The notes below the pieces were generated by a model that did no database searches, had not been told where the DNA came from, and worked only from the letters and a program-made list of their open reading frames with translations. A program made the translations under genes and the position numbers. A DNA stretch of 64,000 nucleotides from Candidatus Omnitrophota bacterium (lineage in GTDB: Bacteria > Omnitrophota > Omnitrophia > Omnitrophales > Aquincolibacteriaceae): contig JAUYMS010000042.1 of the NCBI GenBank assembly GCA_030698625.1, positions 92,150 through 156,149 of the forward strand, given 5' to 3'. This document shows, piece after piece, positions 63,101 to 64,000 of this stretch (position 1 is its first letter; every line of letters starts with the position of its first letter).

Positions 63101-64000
63101 GCGAACGACCGTGGCTAATCGATTTGAAAGGCGCGGGGCGTAGCGGTGGAACCGGATATTGACGGGCCGGCCGCCGGAATCATTAAAGGTCGCGGTACCA
63201 AACTCGCCCGCGAGCTCCACTACCGCCTGCTCGACGCCCATTGCGGCGAGTTGCGCATCGGAGGCATAGGTCAGCGGCAGGCGATTCCCTTCGACCGTTC
63301 CGAAAGAGCCGTCACCGAAATATTGCGGGGTTTCATATTTGCCTTCAAACCGGCGAATCCATTCCTGAGCCAGCGCTTTCCCGCTCTCGCCATAAATTTC
63401 CACGAGCGCATCTTCGATACCGCCGTAAACTTGTTGGCGATCATAAATGCGTATGTCGCGAAACCACAGCGGATCGATATCACGCTTGCGGCGCTTGCTA
63501 TAGACGTCCTCTTCGTGGCTCAAGAGCGAAAACACGAAGTCCGCGGTCTCCAGGGCCTTGAAGGTGCGCGCCGTAATCAAATGCAATGCGTCGTCGGTAT
63601 TGTTGGCAACCCAGTCCCCCGATTCGAGACTGGCACCATTCTCGAAACCGTCGATACCGCCCTTCACGTCCTCACTACCGATCGCTTTTTTACCGTTTAG
63701 CTCGTAATAGACCGTGAGAATCTTAATCATTTGCCGTTTCATGAGGCTTGATTGCTGTGTCGCCATCCAGGAAGTCTGGGCAGGGTAGGGATTCCGGAGA
63801 AGGCCGGTTTCGTCGGCACCGTTGATTTCGACAACGTCTTCGAGATACTCAAGCGAAAACATGTCAAGACCGCGCGCGCGGCCTAATTCATAAGGCTTCG
63901 CGACATAGTCCGCCCTGAGGCCGTGCAAGACCCGGAGATTATCGTAAATTTGAGCCACTGCCGGACTGTGCCCGAGGCTTTTCGGCACCACCAGGACAAA
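36140..64000 (-). CDS. Giant RSELR-delimited multi-enzyme protein, C-terminal part (>=9286 aa, start outside window)
   Basis: The frame stays open to base 64000. It has 10 RSELR motifs. Modules resemble FHA, GT4, PlsC, HEAT, NadD-like, ROK x2, GT2, epimerase, M48, ABC1, LOG x2, HTH x2, SAM-MTase x2 and NTase. Confidence 0.95.
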   Translation of the reverse strand, partial: FVLVVPKSLGHSPAVAQIYDNLRVLHGLRADYVAKPYELGRARGLDMFSLEYLEDVVEINGADETGLLRNPYPAQTSWMATQQSSLMKRQMIKILTVYYELNGKKAIGSEDVKGGIDGFENGASLESGDWVANNTDDALHLITARTFKALETADFVFSLLSHEEDVYSKRRKRDIDPLWFRDIRIYDRQQVYGGIEDALVEIYGESGKALAQEWIRRFEGKYETPQYFGDGSFGTVEGNRLPLTYASDAQLAAMGVEQAVVELAGEFGTATFNDSGGRPVNIRFHRYAPRLSNRLATVVRNSKVRSELRSDDDTQIFYKGIKYEVDVEGKIRYEENGELVPEEEVQRLLREEDEEFIEQLEKAARIRARGEQLLVDEAEKVFRTDESVYDSITVTQLMPSDYDEPDQVNVKIQQALDRYAKAFPIAENRRSFRVEVEPDEDLGQSINIIPNEESDGSLVDQAASRNLFRAFRFYLQGLLGSERDLDILYEFEKSQLRFQVGDDKFFEPRDILRDIKDARKTISEEARTYLFDNGARKFLRYLDDDLLADFKLAVTHYFYEYGQTPGLVMARYFNLLYLIENDESVQKRIEGFRSLREYLKFFNIFIGRYRVLHTGEKRFEKEKLPVPRLTVTDEDMEVSEAEDLDAFTDEVGRRGEEDKVLMFKQAFERHSHGRQLQGAKRAVRYFVVIGYKGKVYMTYKSISHSQIAEEGQAGQWKRLEGFMVDGGGHPYWIVKTLNEAGDDLHPTLAGQIQKRITNGDIATVPASGWDDVRDWVFKLDLAVNANGEFVRLRDTARGTGITPTGLELHKRRYAVPWWFAQAREQHDLQEAEILVGRVANPRIQERSSVVREGRFKLSSVALTVQELESGEVEIVEDEGTRHYVGKFPADPALHVGYREEQESARVTVGRYTDRDIVMYQGDVSRDHAAVRIVGHKLLIGDIGTHQRGSSNGTLVWIAGSGWYGPIDYIRPSSDRWVELPLYRVEVKAAAKPVVEALPADEPELPLRELINSAREDLALVDISIYLPSRAGGSGTMTYVTTVPEWYAENGIESAVVSTALKGTKPEEFPFDVSLIELDEVPLFDAHPTMPKTVAFKDMSEEQLEAYALAAVKVVRERVAAILERSPDKKIVLNAHHGGVLALAAASVAEEINNKSEEKKIFFGIHGHNMEIIFDEDFPEHVKHVFRKAVGLADYFVAITPDHAEKAKALYGLPDEKIIVIPHGVDTEFFDPDKLAGAQKLPKALLEIDRPKSDVLLYVGRMVEGKGVVETIDGFETYARTAGRDTYLVLAGAGGGKYQRKVRARIRRLPEALRDKVIFLGFVPQTKLPQLYGFADALIHMSEDEVLTRVILEAWAMGKPVIATDIPGIRASFDPRYAERPFPISDLGMLVNADRRDFDVAMGIKNVLSRAEAGQFNSRIMRNHVIANFSKDRTLRNNLELYHKTAGTMPERSELRTEQQDELLPDKPVAEPPLRVAPIKAFKDYPAPAKWWLRFYRIFVRYFVRLTGIENLPEGDNYIIAANHISTLDGLVLVTELYLRTGRLPLFVARPSEVGKLQQVLIRKGLAIEVDENVRWEGVAGLEFPADQVAAILKDYPQKPHFIASLHAGSQVYDLRKPDMIREAGILPGDALTMTLLGNGAERAMRDILLLLRAESLSGKQLQEAVAGPSGTFDKVQAAVRAGESLAFFPLGRAEIQPGAMIDEWKRDWHGTFARIAVNEGRFVIPTQISGETRIVTFFARWRAARARYVLAKRKYKIKAKKGRAAGEDRHELDKRSKVLREKRGEFFSQLFSRLSPLSLRIHLGRPIDPRGREAEEVFEETVEQIAEGLTGATINGITFEPRSAEPAAVAVTDYNELREHLRRLRDQKGRPVEVLVGVGTQGGIDLALRGPLATWTEVDWARRALQEGLAKYYVYVPAGAGRFGKKPPRVWTLSAESRFFKPRVVTLRRKYWTAAFEALLGAETFVAVHERAFLKSGPSWAWSRTWPFLSRIAPPRVLSENLGQHTDRLRRLFEAYDLKLSDDAVYLKPEESFAPAEYAEALSAHLHDLARTISDLRYLRRARREMDRAGALTVDEVLDRQAFRIYSRFAPRPDSHPTSAEAMLARLEPGTVIDVRAPDRDAAQLFIFTGRTLKGSAAEGEEEVLHFAPYVPYGSSPAPHLPVAQSRLTDVFEPSRTVILPSTSLFQARGPSPIEISDGSQRSELRVEWQRDLLADHRLLYRTSQEILAGLTAPMAPSQARVIQVNLGRRQVGPNIYFNFGAHLSGKVQFLNQHIADGDFFVRTMVSPDLRNVLFIGYRHNSDHVILMSKGGATETLAIPSTGRISLKTLTKQPLSKVFMKNVLRNYYDNADNRLSYLRAQLTREINVRTVGDSARHIIYPDARLNFVLPNFGRDKWTNLRPVRVGESGPTGQHPTALLMKTTTEDFPDLLAKTVIPNYLFVPVLDEVRVYDEKRLLAIHSENKVREYDERGRETVRERTAELGAKQISVSFGSVLARSPYAVANDIRIAFWRLRDEASRVERVIDLREGLTRRIFKVSGLSSELMRDFRSVLDGKAFARFDKQLGELVRAMRYGREEYATHLKQTFELVRKELALSVDPRARTMSAFLEQHGREIVGIAMPTRRELSEVAISPETNLQSEELRKKREIVEMIEELNVLLSDEDVLPKELYGEQSLYAFMIFRRLAGIEYDDSMHEGVLEPIVRQMLKIATAYPELYPDGHLPPESLQATTHPRHVHNRVRFIKHLRMASEGYGGEDTAITIHPFLRYMLTMLGLRMEVPELAREAVLLSGHFKGLTRDERIALVNSLFERVLVERGRIPVRRVVVEALGNLGADLDEENRNRMISKLKLVYEEPEADPIVQYAILKALARLDDFTIIERLLYQEDPTVNRGLLIRALRELGEVRTPQVFDFLVKAIDFTEDDGLVHAALRAMREQRSGAAVEFLTRVTFGDDKVMRDYALGELSKADFRAAGVLAVHNLNADPARFAQTQLDDAIVESVHVITNFLRAYQSERLTPKEEDLAVSILEALAKFESPEPLLEINPDIYVVLIRWADYVSKTERSVDVRMAAQKAFDRLSAPLDTVENRDTLHIRTAARYLNHLSKRDLRDDQIALVVEAMETLAEYSDPIRMLEVSPDVLYTLTVYYDHPVARIRHAARRAFEAIGDPIIEKTISLDETLPLEGMPSLGMIQAAFPTEEELDAVDDEALTERFLATKRQIIANLKSIEQKIRDGVIQPYATLRVHEGQAMSASKPQSQVHLGVFGGTFDPTHWGHVAFALRVMDELNLDGIVFFPMGDIEGYKEAKSPAGNRYFMAHQTADLFRPLFHSSPLGVSHPEWGSATLGLNLFELNPGVSLELSVLAASDSLESSARNVQRALTEINLSWDNFQKVSLVTTERRDFPLAEAATTLEITQRRGEVSRGVVAGISHDLPVYVVGRETGGISSTEVRDNPKAKIFVPRTVAEHMTRRKLYPFPAAPARGPTSDLDRLLSKLNRTAFLTEREAIFREIRELAGIESVNVVLKTPHGPRRELTVPWSEHPGLRSAVVERLAHFSFNLLIDNHSTSLQVEVTHGRDTEKQITAGIEAHLHRTHTDRLSFAMPEVSPVNVQAASDADEGPRKVKQEQQLPGLIEPYPEGLFIGVDVGAYSIKLAALKDGRIVREEVQRHKGIIGGAVFVGEVADVVQKFVESFGEEPKRVVVLLPGQNDGYENRNFGFLDRFWTDDDRQRARGLYDKLKEFLGDVPLNLFNDVQGVAAGIVKENPTIFEPGTGTANVLWWGTGVGRAVIRNGSVVLDSVYRGMTLTGQTSPIGKMAGRPEHIQYFAGTPILQQRAKALGFEAEFEGLSIEPLMTAAVLGWAKREKGSPLTNDEVIAARLMDKAAEAMAEHIIESTRINGIAMWVLGGGNLQGDFGATFHEKIGGQIRRKDSDSSYTLKASDHGRELGARGAAYTAAALEQTQGRYFIAMRSELRVDDDQVPEPGVSRDGTRAAGRQWVFASAVIAAAAAALTAAQIAGLWLPLTALGVIITGFAILSAEARLNRWLYQKVSQHYMNLGRPIPVASWIDRWRRAPGFIAVPEEDGLISDFNLALKGPLSFRESWLFLLIKIGSRIHVTLESRLLRSKVTSLNFIRFNLLTLTKILSFPFAMAAAALESVVSSNESRNRPTGESHWYPMMPRERLRERQDEKKMLPEIQAFDRGVIELAGRTLTENGASGIFIMVPTYRYSPNTKNVVSNIAEGIQKHYPGRKATILLTGESERATEFADMLEESQSRVPENEDVHVVGHVKPDRFRGKGWSLRAGLLMARILFPKEADRPGVFLILDDDIRNTTPEWIPAFLEPLYQDKDLTVSSYSARKYEDDDRSLKDHFVTPFFSAWVGKRLLEAEGEYGIRQGALLDALLDDYSIWSYAFPEFFFIPKATKLGKQMQGINIKVKEHDWVPHPYNRFPNYVQAFFDFTLRQPWLADQDELTEVVRHDIEGIRTEEFINIEPERFLENFRFEFPQERETYEGLVPAATFQKLSALAAEGSSFESAGRFSAREWAEVVFLFLEAYRDSHPDRRRGLAPALTPLLKLRIASFTHEVQSENLPFAEVKRRLNLQTDEFVRRRDIFLVHEYEKSLSRFRGAKTIGKKHQAIAHLGLSMARKDLITVRLTIRHTQGSLGQEEVVVPRRLFTDANQELLDYFGGLLAYQAELRGMRAVDVELSGDLDISEDSLRTAIRTHFESVYQTPAYHANFSQPVAWGADAVQGTEGYDYKPKKPSRSKDGIAIGVDLSADSIRVLAFDGEEPIYTQEISVRRLEGRIGEGVRTVLLDTARHIGISDRELQSMAITVGVPGLVHPEGIILDLPQLGRDHPDAQESLEELKSEYPHLTFENSANLAGLYQGRDIAHGLFVQTTFRTGLGLSILNDGELIASPLEAHLKYDFSGDSDFCRCGLQGDLYTVSSPIGMIESLQKRLAAESGANPLPERIRKNIQEMKTAADVPRIIRQLEELLENPSEAVRDYTRQIFVEMGRGLGSLYAEIARVYDEDKLTVHRAGWISRDLVHDAVSAGIQDYLTNEAPQVAIEDLSGKIPSSNISDSWHGAAAAALLGSRIQLGAEIQVVVTEKIPRKMLVTGGTGVLGNGLVKHFLAEGHDVQVLVRTDSPRAENLPEHENLKRVDGDLLSNASLSRLTEDNDIVYLAGAMTEKTAQRAEDEAVVIAVNGFSADRVVRLRDRAGRTEKSRVVFISSQVVYWTGGQITAVLDESMIPVPPKEVNDWINQVIAEYEARQEEFDADDDLHETLVKWLEQFIRSHPIPAEVYPYKLAKMIGERLLEKRDNVVIVRPTSFFGKKDTSSNHPIPEAIRPIFKGYQGRFAGYTRDYVHLSDAVAVLEEISQLPKIIRGEHDIINIASGYNYAPADVLRAVKMLRVLSEEETSRLSVDPPSKVMNPPVFDNRRALALLGARGPHRFRRLEEGLREQLEELRRVETGQRSELRAVTFRDRFFEAQSIAVQRTLFEKNILMENHPTSVFLNGLLQRLIRTHEARVAVIDDKEENAFASAAGQIYITTGMLKILDTEEEVLAVLMHELRHIERSHRFKRGDLDPFDIYGFGIWRLNEFEADLAMLWELNQRGVNPIGALTFKRKWSARVAQKSAEEQAKGDEAMPTGAVGLDPVHGSMEMRYSNLREFVRFIHLDKLSHDVHPIDWDALRIDDTIPSEIPEGFVEDLVKAEPARFWNQFGHLVRHLSRDQWTEAVLTFLRNQNLGFDEEGENVLLLMLHDIVLHRSEGFLFPGDDEVYEVTREEFVEYFTPERVARMMEARIFERIGLPLAPEELLGLSEQAMRSAMDGKKYEEFKEAFPALAKLRQKAAEAYEQRFGDAREFLISWDTRLMGVYVRTQLIHGKAAYQIGDVEVMTRWSDTPKIERMVMFQDEIPFDAVDTNEIKTFMTEMSVNLIDAERFMERILISLDVRKIMSAQINYEVDDKEVQKLRSNMRILMNATTQHMVSQLDRRELTVMERADMILALGANVTRLAGDAGERMAQLRERSRRRPGQGGVTFDWGLFAQEATTEFSSRFEKIMEEVNAMSADDLRQALLDWYGSLDPTTDREKRMRELSEFLYGYLEAKNHWSIRFSARKNDKWRQFYMPEMKKVILLDLFRQPFRREFVSTLNRRLSTEKTGVLNQVDELMAWLEDAIARRNRAQIGESWTIGLEERSRLSSVLKGVKQKTLSRMAHLSEQGETEAMLVEAIRVVNQWGIAFVNMPRLEYEKDWRRISTSLMAQLRQKKDYPQTPEDFEGLLAVSLLSQESFSAMSLATIAFREMIKRSKDFDEAAAYLQKYSYLPRTILREGLYVLSEEKTKSHEDMEVMKKWFWEQVDRLLETGSDVMLLEIAHTLVRFIKPGDRLPFFLEAISTRQSDEGFKKYMARKWWRAFTSETMELSNIESVAHLAYYGELKARTPTLGRADSKEQEEAEENASRLDSANFEAADMIRDIRYLSMIFFDEFYPALYRLDTVVIYLMIRSIMLDGENALLYSKKAKRSLVQHFINQYVEVGKAKKARQVANDITETIATDMDAQDIFYFLGPALSQVSLQVPKDRYPNDGIEDMLFRDYVKHLETKGFEHIADEAQFPETHRLIRTRIRTFITGVRGQLRRTEDGVGLNVFFPRDVPYVHFEDAAMEKMADMNLVTERKSFSEKVSPIELAVEVSKHAGSLAVTLLQLAGMYFELSNDDQEKIADVFDAVRGMNKLQAYMILEEEAKKNPKYAPLFKGIMEWGEYVGGGSIVTVFRNVDEDGNEWADGITNPNAAYRAGELHQFGHQLLDGLIKRGKKRGAEEVKFYEFLKILLDKAKTRVESEIDDPDYHAKNKEFSAQTHHDSQRADKFRPANGLPQKLFVPGVQETHTALLRREKFVHGTSFNEFLTKVSKGETTVTAADQASAKGVVSVLVQNFFYQLFETGIVHSDIHPGQFLQMEGDWIAYLDRKNLQVLDDIDRELIRSVILNPLLENSDAAYNQVITHLLGGEQPAKAATLKHEIINRYRRKDIGGSLSAIIFHIESSGIEIPMKWVYVAKNFKALNRMARMADFGNFLDAFVYKPGAASETFTLMRGLETVPQALPRTAEWLEAELGPDWVSQLIEFASLVRSELRSPDLSDLSDGYDGPVYRLRSLRALIEDVIPERETILEVVNKWTPAIAVLGGARVPPDHPYYKLGVKLGKMLYKKGIPPRTGAGPGEMEAPMLGYLQAKKLYEMTLFFTSLFNVMTGIVLFILSPSFISVFGWMVPSLIPATLFVLLIPALILYVKYRTLPTQGIRILLPWEQTTNPYTQIVKSYERFVTRKIALHENILGSIFLPGGVGTHDELFEFWRRRRPVALLGKDFWQPLMDEFFATIEREGISEQLGYRSDPPLITDDPEEAVNFILAEAKTNPPHRTTQREVEKINEEIKQGLQTLSRQKRVVMMAGRPHRENGKLNIAEKIASYVSELDEVFIRGASTGRLYNRLRDRSKQQGWSDKFQAVLHDASENHQLREFLAADKEFFGDRHIIVDDESNHQLLMTYNAYAYVFLPGAVGTFNRLFDIVQLMQTAKVTKRPILLVGRSFWEPYLKEFETRLLRREDGLQFIAPKDMQLFRIVDEDNLGETLEYLEEEILFQRFEESIREAKAKKQLLDFDEAYYGRLHREGSSIDLKAPRRIERAKKSVHSFGFLPDTSQAKLMYSDAANLREAEALAHYLTHEKRFSKKLIGRLMRFYRGSEFIGSESELVAPQPKDLIDRGVPKVFVDFFVARGLDLADGLFLSALVDAAEIYAKKIIRERSELRAEDWPGALKRAIAANDPDEFSGLLANLREALPDSAQALIEEAFWPETRGLLDSLAKAFDAQRIATLKIIVAGLSEFEPTLANIARVRFVITEDLPQHARTDTGVGKLAAEILRALWERFIVMPLPYKPQPLPEGLSETMQEPGMIIGKRIELIREARGKKKGETASAAGIPSNTYSPVERRDALPTKSGTVLKLGEALLVDPIAFITGIEDLDEALRDLPLSERIYDLRVRLGMTQLDMVYTLREAGFVFTDRHGVPIQDEERIKEMGPTVAQWEKGAIPSPETWGIIAQVLKYPPLFEGVVWKGGTSFTGNVQTERPKPKSKKKKKKTAKSTKAFLPTTEIEKADSREPAPAVEHEVVEEFEELVFDDTTEELVPESEVKKRQEPSGETPDDSERSELRSDYVVPDIKKMLAERNIGTFHEHLLGSNPHQSTVPDDETLLDTLGIKEGDKVLTIAGYLGDWAAELSRRGADVVYTDINPGIVEWVRDNRAGNFNFAAGEDLSARFRVGDPLKEPVAKGDVDWTFSYEPLPLDPDEWPILMLRSLLNRKGLIMVSSVGESDGTGSQLTEFAKIYGLGGKISIDEFNLVESYPENDFEKRIAYVRASSGGPNSSPELSFRNGNPYTIFTLRTNPELRAKAELDIAVMEALQSFGGRGFEAMLDHVADQGFDLDAEALRDSVQRLTRFSHLLSEEYRKPVQAETQVPAFIDILKSEFADKKKLRILDVATGKGEFLIRLKALLEADGTFEFELVGNNSGFDFENRLKLDAYGIETVPGRIEEVIETGQLGEEPFDLVFLNATDGVDLRTESVRRLMSTVAPGGMLSWRFMRGFNMGENLSRYLLLEAIDLGLPYSVMNGAPEGMPVGAAQFSELVPPIFIKHSGQQFAHPYLQRRADEHAAEEFDFDDDPYRSELRSMSQMMIQAQKPTYAQKQLMKTLQLQIQKMEEEDPVPPNAAKGLRALQTADRILKERGAVGIVIGSIAPDLWNQRVQAKDLLRHKDVDVVVLSPEFKLRDDFEGGIDWWLPEQKTLKVRSAGTVSMSDIPTEFWVNANDIYLRAGIEYDVADVQPGLYLPSRDFLIDYTGRVVMNSINPRAVDIDGDVIEKFWEKLDRDLRKGLSGIWRENFNKRSRVLDAGIRVFEKFDFEVGVAIARDFIDVGRRDYEPVLEQLLGQGEIPDGSERSELRVADELLTAQGERIFHGPRAQILPRRLEEHSTEALVTLLSGLLNRAVYSERAGIMPQTTESTILTKLGQGRVVMTPRFNEKMQQQVADMGQVLIDSVWIERLIEKSPRTLYLLFRALDQFEKQHPGAKPLVGILGSDDILERVLKRAFLKRDNGIHWQEEQDAGDLFTLPRLNTLVNVVAVEHVASYVGESEAGVATLLSDRNVLPENIGTAANFIVDPQAADRGDFEGLAFLAVALLEPAKLIRGVKDPLEQAALLDQHIEDIFPNARSKGDAYLVDLGKYIEESLIREELIDISA

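Noticed and set aside
36135-63700. Dozens of 60-300 aa ORFs overlapping the giant gene
   Set aside because: No recognisable motifs; expected shadows in GC-rich coding DNA
63989-63991. GTG as start of the giant ORF
   Set aside because: Frame is open to the window edge and begins mid-domain

Overview
Bacterial chromosomal DNA, moderately GC-rich. The gene style suggests Ca. Omnitrophota or a related PVC lineage (inference). Two giant minus-strand genes bracket the window. On the right is the 3' part of an ORF of at least 9,286 aa (36140..>64000). On the left is the 5' part of an ORF of at least 1,398 aa (<1..4194), absent from the supplied ORF track. Both proteins are strings of unrelated enzyme-like modules separated by an invariant pentapeptide, RSELR (10 + 4 copies, varied codons). 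The left protein starts with a signal-like segment and a domain carrying TIKI/TraB/ChaN/EreA-like motifs (T-x-H, E, RD, GGFH). This suggests a secreted, possibly self-processing polyprotein system (hypothesis). Between the giants is ordinary housekeeping DNA: RND pump, CBS-flanked 2-oxoacid:ferredoxin oxidoreductase, serC, bcp, pdxH, cobB, rfbC, sixA, UDG, GT-C glycosyltransferases, three double-receiver regulators and two PAS kinases. A roughly 600-nt, heavily nested-palindromic non-coding element lies at about 19115-19700. No CRISPR array, rRNA, tRNA or transposase was seen.
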